DNA from: Paraspadella gotoi
Taxonomy: Eukaryota > Animalia > Chaetognatha
Assembly: GCA_051294375.1 (NCBI GenBank)
Contig: JBJCIZ010001033.1
Location: 1-11,340, forward strand
DNA length: 11,340 nucleotides
Direction of reading: 5' to 3'
The notes under the pieces are model-generated. The model was not told where the DNA came from, did not search any database, and saw only the letters and a list, made by a program, of their open reading frames with translations. A program made the translations under genes and the position numbers. How positions within the stretch are numbered: position 1 is the stretch's first letter; each line of letters begins with the position of its first letter. Of this stretch, positions 1-9,377 are shown piece by piece.

Positions 1-90
1 CCCCCCTCTTCTCCTCACGAACCCCCCCTCCGTCTTATTCCTTCGCAGTTTTGCCGCATTTTTATTTTTTTGAACGCACCCACAATTTAC

Positions 91-253
91 ATGTCAATAT
101 CCGATACTTCTCAAGTTCTTTTTTTTTTCTCTTCGTGCCGCTCGCATTGTAATCGACAAAATTGATGAGGAAACTTCTACGAAATTTGTTCTCACGGTTG
201 AGCGAGTAAAAAAATCCCAATACAGAGTTTCGCAGAGTTTTAAACCAAACAAG
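91..253 (+). CDS. Candidate exon of an unidentified gene
   Basis: A stop-free frame at 74-361 is missing from the ORF track because it has no start codon. It reads ...LRAARIVIDKIDEETSTKFVLTVERVKKSQYRVSQSFKPNK, with a possible donor AAG|GTACGA at 253/254. The ATG at 91 joins this frame if the T10 run at 119-128 is one base shorter. No family recognised, and the antisense frames are also open. Confidence 0.2.
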
Positions 254-480
254 GTACGATTCTCGATTTTACAAATCACTTACGCCACAACCGCGGAGCG
301 AACAATAGCGCCGTGCCCAGACCCAAACGCGCCGTGCCGAAAAAGAATCGTCCTTTTATGACGGCGTTTTTTGGGGAAAGAAGGAGGAAAAAAATCCAGA
401 GTCGTCCAAATGAGATAAATTATCGCAAAGATGGGGAAGAGAAGAGCTTTTGGTGGAGGGGGGGGATGGAAACGACGGGT

Positions 481-872
481 AAATGGAAGATAGAAAATGG
501 AGGAAAATGGAGGAAAATGGAAGAAAGAAAATGGAATAAAATGGAAGAAAGAAAATGGAAGAAAATTGAAGAAAGAAAATGGAGGAAAATGGAAGAAAGA
601 AAATAGAAGAAAATGGAAGAAAGAAAATGGAGGAAAATGGAAGAAAGAAAATGGAAGAAAATCGGATGGGAAATGTGTAAGAAAGTGGAAAGAAAGATAA
701 AATGGAGGAAAATTGGAAGAACAGAAAATGGAACGAAAGCAAAAATGGAACAAAATGGATCAGAAGAAAGAAAATGGAAGAAAGTGGAAGAAAGAAAATG
801 GAAGAAAATGGAGGAAATTGGAAGAAAGAAAATGGAACAAAATGGAAGAAAGAAAATGGAAGAAAATGGAGG
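481..872. repeat. AAAATGG-core minisatellite with a 24-bp (10+14) higher-order unit
   Basis: AAAATGGA(G/A)G 10-mers alternate with AAAATGGAAGAAAG 14-mers. Six in-phase 24-bp units span 504-647, followed by a more degenerate block at about 695-872. Confidence 0.92.
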
Positions 873-1140
873 AAAGAATCCAAAAATAATGTTTGGGGTT
901 TTTTTTTTAGTATTGATTTTTTCCCCAGACGGTTTTTATTTTTTATTATGGCAATATATACCAACTGAATTTCTCCCTCGGATAAGTTTCAAGGATGACG
1001 TAGTTTTATATCTTTATTTTTTTTATTCCTTTCAATTTTAATTTGTAAAATATACAACCACGCACCAGCATACCATTTTTTAGAAATATTACTCAATTAT
1101 TGGATAAAAGATTACAAATAAGGAAAAAAGGAAAAAAAAA

Positions 1141-1167
1141 TTCGCCGAGCCGGATTCAAACCAGCGA
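1141..1167 (-). pseudogene. 3' fragment of a tRNA-Tyr-like gene (T-arm, acceptor 3' strand, then oligo-T)
   Basis: The minus strand reads TCGCTGGTTTGAATCCGGCTCGGCGAA followed directly by T9 (A-run 1132-1140). GCTGG/CCGGC forms a T-stem around a B-box-like loop. This resembles eukaryotic tRNA-Tyr 3' ends (TCGCTGGTTCGAATCCGGCTCG...). No intact 5' half lies next to it. Confidence 0.5.
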
Positions 1168-1439
1168 GAAAAAATCGACCTCTTTACTTAGGATACGAAG
1201 GTCCATTCTTAACGAATGACTCTCCTAAAGGATATGAAGATAACTTGAATTTGATCACTATTCCCGATATACAAAGAGACGTTGAAATATTAAATGAAAT
1301 GAAAAACAAAAACCAGAAGAAATATAAAGGTAGAGAGCAGGAAGTTCCCTCGTACACGACTGTGAAACGAGAACAAAAAACAACGAGGAGAACTTGGCTT
1401 TGCCAGCTATGTAGTTCTAAAGAGGAAGGAATTAACTGG

Positions 1440-3140
1440 GCGGGGGGGAGGAAAGAAAAGGAGGAAAAAAACGACGACAGTACGTTTGTCGAAGTTTGAA
1501 AAAAAAGGATTTAAAGAAGAAGAAAGAAAGGGGAAAAAAGCAAAAAGAGATAACGATAAATAATAAAAGGAAAAAAAAAGAAAAGGAAAAAGGAAATTGA
1601 AACGAGGGGAAAATAAAAAGGGGAAGGGCAAAGGGGGAAGGGAAAACGGCCTGTGAAAGGTCTTTTCATCTCGAAGAATAAAATGCGAGAAGCGGAAGGA
1701 ATTAAAAGGAAAAAAAAAAGAAAAGAGAAACGTAGTGTATTGAAAGAGACGACAGGTGCGAGAGAACAGACGATTACGAGAGAGATGAGACGACCCGAAG
1801 AGAGACGATGAGAGAGCCTCGATGCACAGAGAGAAGGAGCGATGAGAGGAAATCGGAGGTGAGAGAGAAGGGCGATGATTGAGAGAGGAGAGAGAGTGAA
1901 GCGAGAGAGAGATGAGAGAGAGAGAGAAGCGGTGAATGATGTGAAACTTACCTCTTTTTTCTTCTCTCCTTACCCCTCGTCACCGCCGGTGTAGGCCTCT
2001 TCTCCTTCTGCCTACCTGGACGCGAAAATCGGAATGTGAAGAGAGGAATGAGAGAGAGCGAGGAGAGGAGATGAGGATCGAGGAGAAGAGAGAGGAGAGG
2101 CGTTGGTAGGATGCCGGAGAGAGAGAGAGAGAGAGAGACAGGAGAGAGAAAAGAGAGAGTGAGAGAGAGAGAGAGAGAGGAGAGAGAGAGGGAGGAGAGG
2201 AAAGAGTCTTTTGGTGGGAAGAGAGAGAGGATGAAAGAGGTAGCGAGGATGTTGGAAGTGTAAATTAGAAAAAAGTAGAGAGAGAGAAGGGAAAAATATA
2301 CAAAGAGAGAGAGAAAAAAACGAAAGACACAGAGAAGAGAAGGAGAGATAGAAAGGAGAAGAGAAGAGAAAAAAAAAAGATGAGAGAGGAGAGAAAGGAG
2401 GAAGAGAGAGAGAAAGGAACAAAGAGGAAAAGAGAGGGAGGGAGAAAGGAGGGAGAGGAGGAGAGGAAGGAAAAGGGGGTGCGGGAGTGAGGAGGGAAGA
2501 GAAAAAAAAAGCGCAAGAAAAAAAACGGAAATCAGCCAACGACAGCCGTCAGGTCCTCCTAAAAAAGCCAACAGCCCCATCATCGTTTTGCCGGTCAGTT
2601 CTTAAGGAACTTTAACGAAGTCAGAAAAGAGGCGGTGGGGGGGAGAGGAATTGAGGGGGAAAAAGGAGGGAGGAGTGGAGGCGGGCACTAAGTTGGAGGG
2701 TGGGAGTGGGGCCAAAATGAAAGCTTGCGTTGAATATTGTTTTGAGAAACGCGGTTTTCAACAGTTTGGGCGGGAGAGGAAAGAAAAAAGGAGAGGTTAG
2801 AAGAGAGATGTAAGGCATATGAAGAAAAATAAATGAGAATGAAGGAAAAGAGAACTTGACAGTAAGTAACAAATTGAGAAAAATAAAAAATTAAACCCAG
2901 AGAGAGATGAGAGATGAAGAGAGAGAGAGACGGAAGGAGAGGAAGATGAGAAGAGAGACGCAAAAAGAGAGAAGAGAAAGAGAGAAAAGAAATGAAGCGA
3001 GAATAAGAGTGGAAAGGGAAAAGTGAGAGACTTAGAGTGAAAGAGAAACGGAGAGAGGAGGAGACACCGGGAAGAAGAGAGAGAGAGATGGGAGTATGGA
3101 GGAAAAAATTGAGGAGAAATGGAGAGAGGAAGTGAGGAGA
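1440..3140. repeat. Purine-rich (A/G, GA-repeat) low-complexity region
   Basis: Long A/G tracts with interrupted (GA)n, for example 2117-2190, broken by short complex islands near 1950-2035, 2530-2620 and 2715-2770. Confidence 0.85.
1995..2035 (+). CDS. Candidate exon with a uDENN-like FCxPxG motif
   Basis: A pyrimidine tract at 1951-1978 sits inside purine-rich DNA and is followed by TAG at 1992-1994. The frame reads LFSFCLPG (FCLPG at 2006-2020), and a weak donor GTGAAG starts at 2036. A competing minus-strand exon reading exists. Confidence 0.3.
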
Positions 3141-3571
3141 ATGCTGTGGAATACGGTTTAACGAAAAGGGTGTACGGGAAATTATGGGATCGAGATTAAA
3201 ATCGAAAAAACACTCTGCGGGTCTTTAAGAAAAATGAGAGAAGATAATGGCGAAAAATGTTACAAAAATAGGAATGGAAATATAAATGAAATACCTCTGG
3301 TACCCAGAAAACTGCCCAATTAAAAGAAAAAAAAAAAATCTTTTCCTTAAAAGTGGATATTATTTGTATTGGATAATGTTGACTTTGCTCGTTATATAAT
3401 TTTTAAAGGAGAAAGTTATTCGAGTAGACTAGAAGTGGCTAAAAAAATTTATTGAGATGGAGATAGGTCATTTAGAGTTCTGAAACTTTTTATATGGAGT
3501 ATCAGTTATTAATACTGATGAATGCAAAGATGGAGCAATTTGCTACGTAATATACACATCCTTCTATAACT

Positions 3572-5370
3572 ATCTCTCTCTGCTCTCTCTCTTCTCTCTC
3601 TCTCTCTTTCTCTTCTCTTTTCTTAAACTCTTCTCTCTATCAGTGCTCTCTCCTTTCTCTGAAACAATCCATCCAAGGTTTCTGATTCCAACATCACAAT
3701 AATTCCATGATAGAAACGTGGCTTTATCCTCGCTACTTAATTTACTTTACTATGACTATAATAGTCTATACAGCTTCGCGTTATTCGCCCCAAGTATAGA
3801 ACATACTGAACAACAACAAACAAACCACAAAAACAACGTAAGAGACTAAATCGATTGTTCCTCTTTCCACATCCGCATTACCTTCGTTCTTCATTTACCC
3901 TTTTTATTACTCTTCTTGCCATCTCGTCCCCATTTTTATGTTACCTTTGTCACTCCCCTGTTCCTGCCCCCCCTGCATATCTTGTCTCTTTCTCCCAGTC
4001 GCTCCCCTTACTCCCTATTACCCTTCGCCGTCACGCGCTACTATCCTTCTGCACTATGCCAATCGGCTCCCCATCTTCTCCCCTCGTCGTTCCGCTACTT
4101 TCACCTCCCTAAGCTACTCGAATCCTACGCTCTTTTACAGCTGAGCAAATCCAACATTTTTTTTCGACCCATATTTCCAGACTTTCCCCCTCTCTTTCCT
4201 GAATCCTCAAACATTTCCTCTGATGCCCCGTGTCGCCTTTCCCTTCACCTCTACCCTCTCTGCGTTCAATATTCCTTTTATCATCAACACTTACTTACAC
4301 CCACACACTACTCCATAAATACCTCTCCCTCGAGCTTCCTGCGTTTCCCTCTTTACTCTACCTACTTTTCTCCCTCTCCCATTTTAAAAACCCCTCAATT
4401 CTTATATATAATACTAATCTGTGCAACTCCTCTTTCTTTCTCCCCCACTCCCTCCTCATTTCCCCACTTCCCCCCTTATGCCGGTCGTGCTTCCGGCACT
4501 TCCCTCCCTAGATCTCCCCGGATTTTTAGTAATATTTCCAGATCCTCTGACTAACAAACCAAGATTCTATGTAATTGATTAAAAATAGAGCGACGTAAAA
4601 ATCTATCCGGGGATCAGACGGAAATTCTTAAGGTTTAACTTTCGAAATTGTGCGAAGGATATTGAGAATAAGATCTTGCCGGTTCCTCCTCCCTCTGCTT
4701 CTAGACCCATGCTTCGGTCCTCCCGTTTTTTACGGCTCCTACACCTCCTTATTCTACTTCCATCCTCTCCTCTTCATATCCTCATAAAATTGACATTCAC
4801 TATATCCAAATTCCGCGTGCCCTCACGGCTCTACTTCCCCCTTCGTGCCTCACTAGCTCTTCAGTTCCTTCTACTACAGATTTCTCTCTCTTTCCAATCT
4901 TCTCACTCATTTTCACATGTCTCTCTCTCTATTCCGTCTATTCTCACTCCTCAGTGCTCATTTTATACATCCTCTCTTCATTAGCTGATACCTTTGTTCC
5001 ACCTTCTCTTAATCCTCCCTATCTCTCTCGAAACTTCGCTACCCTTCCTCCTTGCTATCATCCTCCCTCTTCATTCTAATAATGTTTCACCTTCTAATTC
5101 CCCTCCTCCTTCTTCCTCCTACTCCTCTTCTCTTCCCACCCTTGCCTCTTCATTCTGATAATTTTCACTTTCTCAGTCCTCTCCCTCCTCTTTATATTAT
5201 GTTTTCAAAGACCTTGCTCTCTTTTCCTACCATCATCTCCTCAATTTGTGTGATTATAAAAATATCATCAATCCTATTATTAAAATCCTTTTGCTCTGCT
5301 CTCTCTCACTCCAACCTGATCTCTGTCTCCTCCTTTTCTATTTACCTCACACCGATCCTCCTCCTTTCAG
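3572..5370. repeat. Pyrimidine-rich (C/T, CT-repeat) low-complexity region
   Basis: Interrupted (CT)n at 3572-3660 and C/T-dominated sequence at about 3855-4520 and 4680-5370. Its S/P/L/F-rich ORFs are compositional. Confidence 0.85.
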
Positions 5371-5840
5371 CGACACTGAACATTTTGGTAGAAATATGGC
5401 ATATTATGTCGAATATATATGATATATATTTAATATCTTTGAAACTTTCCTAAACTTAAAATAATATCCGCATCCCAAATAGCCTCTGTATTTTTAACGT
5501 ACCCAGCCAACATGCGCTTGTGAGGTTATTATATAATTTACTGAACACAATGTTAATATTTTATGGTTTTTCTTTTTTTTTTACTGTGAAGAGTGTGATA
5601 ATACCCTGTCCCCTGTTTATAAATTGGGATATACAGAACTTATTCCAAAAACAAACTTAAAACATATTTTATTAATGTTTTTTTTTTAAAAAACAATAGT
5701 CTACGAATCCCATGTTAAAATACTAATCCCATTTTTATTTATATATGGTTGAGAATGTGGCCGTCGTACGTATTAAGATAGAGAAAGAACAAAAAAAGAA
5801 AGAAAGAAAGATTAAAAAGGGGCTGAGCTTTATATTCAAC

Positions 5841-5919
5841 CTATACAAATTGACCGCACCGTATTGAAATCTTCATTGCATTGTGATTAGTAGCGAGTCA
5901 GCTTCTCCTGATGTGATTA
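5841..5919 (+). CDS. Degraded candidate exon, DENN core-like (LTAP...SS...PDVI)
   Basis: The frame from 5841 reads LYKLTAPY*NLHCIVISSESASPDVI, then GT at 5920. It resembles the DENN LxAPxPFIxGVxSS...DVI motif, and FI is present in an adjacent frame. It has an in-frame stop and needs indels. Confidence 0.3.
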
Positions 5920-6029
5920 GTATTTTCATATTTTGAGACTAGGCAACAACCTATTGAATTTTAGAGACATATATACGAAAAGAAGGCCCGCCCTCAAGAA
6001 TCCTAACAGCGAAATACGCGTTGAAAAAA

Positions 6030-6650
6030 AAAAGGGGAGTAAGGAGAGCATAGTGAAGGTAGTATGAAGTGACATTAGAAAAGATTTACTCTGCAAAGGA
6101 AGGAAAGGAAGGAAGGAAGGAAAGGATATAAGATATAATGTAGTAGGGATAGGAAGGAACAGGAAAGGAAGGAATAGAAGTCGAGAAAGGTATTTATGAA
6201 CGGAGAGAAATTATATTTGGAAAGAAAAAAAATATATGGATAGAATATTCGTGAAAGAAAGATAATTTATCGAGGCAGTAATAAATAGAAGTGGCCTTGA
6301 AAAAAAAGAAAGATACATAGAAAATTAAAGTAATATATTAAGTGGCTAAAAAGGTGAAATTATAGAACATAAGACCGAGAAAGGATAGAGAGAAGAGTAA
6401 AGGAGAAGGGAAGTGGGAGAACGGGCAGAAAGAGCAAGAGAAGAGAGGAAAGCAGGAAGAAGAGTGAAATGGGAAAGGACGAGAAGGAAAGAAGGGAGAA
6501 GAGGAAGGAAGGAAGGACAGGAAGGAGAGAAGGAAGAAAAGAAATGAAGGAAAAAAGGACGGAAGAAGAATATATGCCGGAAAGAAAGAGGAACGAGAAT
6601 TTAAATAGTGATGATAGAGGAAGAATAACCGCGAAGGGAAAAAAATAAAT
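6030..6650. repeat. Purine-rich low-complexity tract with (GGAA)n
   Basis: Imperfect (GGAA)n at 6096-6126 and about 6500-6515 within A/G-rich sequence. Confidence 0.8.
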
Positions 6651-6710
6651 CTGGATCCTTATGTACCCCTTTTTTTTTTCTCTTTCTCGACGTGTCTCCC
6701 GCCTTTTGAG

Positions 6711-6866
6711 GTGGCCGATCTTTGATACCGACAAGATCTTCGTGAGTCTGGCCTGACTGCCCGAGGAAGAGCACTCGTCTCAAAAGCGGCGGCGAGGAAG
6801 CATTTTCCTCGCTCAACACCTTGTTCCTATCCCATCGATTACGAATGCGACGAGGAGTGCACAATC
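6711..6866 (+). CDS. Candidate exon, end of DENN core (VADLDTDKIF), frameshifted
   Basis: A polypyrimidine tract at 6666-6707 precedes AG at 6709-6710. GTG GCC GAT CTT [T] GAT ACC GAC AAG ATC TTC gives VADLDTDKIF after removing one T. The exon ends YPIDYECDEECTI with a weak donor GTCAGG at 6867. Confidence 0.42.
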
Positions 6867-6923
6867 GTCAGGAAAGAAGAAAAAAATACTCGGCTTCCGC
6901 TTCGCCCTTCGGATTTGTCGTAG

Positions 6924-7078
6924 CGTTATTGTGGGATTTCGTTTCATATCGTTGTATCGTATTACTCCATCGCCTCCTACTTTGTTATCGCAACCCACAT
7001 TTCTCGATCATTCGTGCCTGTCTATCCCTTCTCGCCGCGTCTCGGCCCACATGCCAGAGAGAGTCTCGCGGGCGCCGG
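6924..7078 (+). CDS. Candidate exon, dDENN-like
   Basis: TAG acceptor at 6921-6923. The stop-free frame reads RYCGISFHIVVSYYSIASYFV...VYPF...SLAGAG, with SQPTFLDH in an adjacent frame. The donor GG|GTGCGG at 7079 is phase 2, compatible with the next island. Confidence 0.4.
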
Positions 7079-7203
7079 GTGCGGGGCAAAGAGAAGAAAA
7101 GGAAGGATCGGGGACTAGGAGGAGAATGAAGTGACGACTGGGGAGGGGGGGAGAGGATGAGAGTATTGTCGCTAAGGGCATTTTCATTTCTTTCGTGTAT
7201 CGT

Positions 7204-7253
7204 AATACACCTTTAATACCACCTTTAAATACCTCACTAGATACCACCTTTTT
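7204..7253. repeat. Short imperfect tandem repeat, about 12-bp unit AATACCACCTTT, 4 copies
   Basis: aatacaccttt / aataccaccttt / aaatacctcact / agataccaccttt. Confidence 0.65.
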
Positions 7254-7337
7254 CTGTGATCCAGGGTGTTCCTGGCTTTTAGTTATTAATAACTTTCCCT
7301 TCATTTATCACCCCCTCCGGCCTCCCCCTTCTGTCAG

Positions 7338-7470
7338 CCGGCGATGCACGGTGCTGGATGGCGCGCAGGGAGGCAACTGTCTCGGCAAGCTTGGTTCGTC
7401 ACATGCGTTCACGGTGGTGTCTCAAGAATCGGATGGTCGACCGAACGGCGACGCCCACTACAAGACCGAA
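7338..7470 (+). CDS. Candidate internal exon of the same + strand gene
   Basis: A pyrimidine tract ends in CAG at 7335-7337. The phase-2 join gives stop-free GRRCTVLDGAQGGNCLGKLGSSHAFTVVSQESDGRPNGDAHYKTE. The island ends at GTTGAG (7471), where purine-rich DNA resumes. Confidence 0.4.
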
Positions 7471-8095
7471 GTTGAGAGAAACAGAGGGCTGGAGTGGAGA
7501 AGAGGGGGGTGGGAGGAGGATGGGTGGAAGGGCGTGGGAAGGAGAGAGGTGGGAATGACGGAAAAGAAGGGGCTGGAGAGATGAGAGAGGAGGAAGAAGT
7601 GCGAAAGAGGAATAAGAGGGAAGTGTGGTTAAGAAGAGAAGGAAAAAGGGTCCTGGAGACAAAGGATGAGAGAGAGAAATGAAAAATGAAAGAGAAGAAA
7701 AGAGAAGAGATATCGGACGGTGAGACTACTCGAAATGAAAGAGATAAGAAAAGGCGGATTTAAAGGCGTTCTTAATACGAGTGGATAAAAGAGAGGTGCA
7801 CTCAGAAGGATGGGGGAACATTTGCGAGGAACAACTAGTATCGAGAGAGTTATATAAGACTACGAGATAGAAGGAAGAGCGAGAGATTGAAGATCCGAGA
7901 GAGAAAAATGTAAAGATTTTTGAAAGGAGAAGGGAATAGAAAGAAGGGAAAGCAATGAGCGGGATAAGAGAGGAGAGAAAAAAAGAAAGGGGTAAGAGTG
8001 AGGTAAAAAGAGGGGTGAGTAAAAAAGGGTGAGTGGAGAGAGTGAAAGATGCCTGCCTCGGGTCCGAAGTGCGCGGATGAAGAGAAAAGAGAATG
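7471..8095. repeat. Purine-rich low-complexity tract (probable intron)
   Basis: A/G-dominated sequence between exon-like islands. Confidence 0.75.
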
Positions 8096-8265
8096 GATCG
8101 ATCATTCGTCACGAGCGAAGGCCAAATTTCGCCCGGAACGCAATCGCTAGCTCAAGATTTAGGGAGATGCGAAGTTGTTTCGTCGTCGTTCCTCGTCGTC
8201 GGATTAAACGATTGGGTCGATCTCCACAAGCCCCTCAACCTCCTTTCTACTTCGTTTTCTTTCAG

Positions 8266-8348
8266 GAGCGACGGCGTCAGACTCGACATCAAATGGCGGC
8301 CCAAGTTTTCCGCGATAAAGGGCGACGCCGGACTTACATTTATAGCAA
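8266..8348 (+). CDS. Candidate internal exon
   Basis: Strong acceptor (pyrimidine tract 8231-8263, TTTCTTTCAG). The phase-0 reading is ERRRQTRHQMAAQVFRDKGRRRTYIYS. The donor is uncertain (GTTAGG at 8349 or GTATAG at 8361). Confidence 0.3.
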
Positions 8349-8647
8349 GTTAGGAAAATCGTATAGAGGCGATTGATTATTTTTTAATAAAATTCTAATA
8401 TTACTGATTTAAAAGAAAATGTGCGGCGTTAGCCGCGTGAGAGAGAAGTTTCTCAGAATGAGCGGGATGATGTTCTTGCGATTTACTGCTTGCCCCTAAG
8501 CGAAGATGCTACTAACGCGTGACAATGCGGGGGTGGAATCGTAAGATATGTCTGGTTTTTCCTTTTTTTTTCTTTTTTTTTTTTTGGCGCGGCCGCCGCC
8601 GCAGTCATTCAATGATAAATATTTTAATAAACTCGTTTCTTTTTCAG

Positions 8648-8697
8648 TCCGCTGAGCAAACGATGGAAGGAACCTCGGCTGCCGACCGTGAAGATGG
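8648..8697 (+). CDS. Candidate exon, acidic low-complexity peptide
   Basis: Acceptor TTTCTTTTTCAG, peptide SAEQTMEGTSAADREDG, and donor GG|GTGCGC at 8698 (phase 2). Confidence 0.45.
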
Positions 8698-8838
8698 GTG
8701 CGCTCTTGATTCACCACATTTGACAAAAATGCTGAAAGATGAACCGCGTTGCTAAAAAAAAAAAATGCAAAACAAAATAGTACATTTGTTAAAATAGGTT
8801 TTGCTGTAGAATTGATAGACACTTAGATGCATTGTTAG

Positions 8839-8932
8839 CGCTAATGAGCTGCCGAGAAGACCGAGCGACGACGACGACCCGACAACGACGACGACGAGAT
8901 CCAAACGCTTGGTTTGAATCGCGGATGAGATC
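8839..8932 (+). CDS. Candidate exon with poly-Asp (GAC)n and compensating frameshifts
   Basis: The TTGTTAG acceptor is phase-compatible with the previous exon. Two GAC runs lie in different frames (DDDD, then DNDDDEIQTLG). The original frame resumes at ADEI before the donor GTGAGC at 8933. Confidence 0.4.
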
Positions 8933-9241
8933 GTGAGCCTTCTGAAAGGAATGTCGTCTTTGTACTGGTTAGCGTGGTCGATGTGTTTAAGCGTTTAAGA
9001 GAGTTGATTACTTGTTAGATTACATTTAAATTAACTTAAACGGAGTTTATTCGCCGCTGTAAAATTGCAGAATTCAGAATATTGATTTTGAGTGTCTGCG
9101 GGGGAAGAAAAAGGGCAAAAAGGCAGAGGGAAGAGAGGTAAATTAGAAAAAGGAGGAAAAGCTGCGAGAGAAAGAAAAAAAAAAAGTGGGATGTGACGAG
9201 ACGAATTCGGTCGACGCGTAAACTAATAAATTCATGGACAG

Positions 9242-9377
9242 GTGAACGAGAACCGAGCGAGCCGGATCTATGGCTGCCGAGAGTCCGGGATCTATGAGTG
9301 AGAGTCCGGATCGAAGAGCCGAGAGAGCCGAGGAGTCCGAGAACTCGAAGGAGGAAATCCGGCCAGCCGAGAGATAA
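9242..9377 (+). CDS. Candidate terminal exon with internal GSM...ESP repeats
   Basis: A CTAAT branch-like site at 9223-9227 precedes CAG at 9239-9241. The frame from 9261 reads AGSMAAESPGSMSESPDRRAERAEESENSKEEIRPAER* (TAA 9375-9377). One base must be removed near the 5' end to join the previous exon. Confidence 0.4.

Noticed and set aside
481-872. Possible CRISPR-like array
   Set aside because: The units are directly tandem with no unique spacers, there are no cas genes, and the context is eukaryotic.
280-1041. Overlapping repetitive ORFs such as (MEERKWRK)n, (KKENGGKW)n and (FFHFPPFS)n
   Set aside because: They are produced by the 24-bp satellite, which is stop-poor in several frames on both strands.
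1952-2015. Minus-strand exon with CAG acceptor and perfect GTAAGT donor
   Set aside because: The peptide is uninformative and overlaps the + strand FCLPG reading that fits the DENN motif order. Not reported as a feature, but not excluded.
3340-3415. Fold-back (chimeric read) centre at the purine-to-pyrimidine switch
   Set aside because: Only a short imperfect AT-rich inverted match is present, and the flanks do not continue it.
3140-3800. Further DENN-like scraps (KRVYG near 3165, LWYP near 3295, LFAP at 3781)
   Set aside because: They are too short and lack convincing splice context, so chance matches are likely.
1948-5453. Long L/S/F/P-rich ORFs (1948-2583, 2012-2539, 3916-4554, 4676-4984, 5052-5453) resembling membrane proteins
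   Set aside because: They are translations of CT-rich low-complexity DNA that lacks stop codons by composition.
3433-6352. Shared 13-mer AAGTGGCTAAAAA at 3433 and 6340 as element ends or target-site duplication
   Set aside because: It is A-rich and short, with no terminal repeats or transposase/reverse-transcriptase sequence between the copies.
7338-7458. Minus-strand reading VRSTIRFLRHHRERM*RTKLAETVASLRAIQHR
   Set aside because: It has an in-frame stop and no clear donor, while the + reading is stop-free and phase-compatible with its neighbour.
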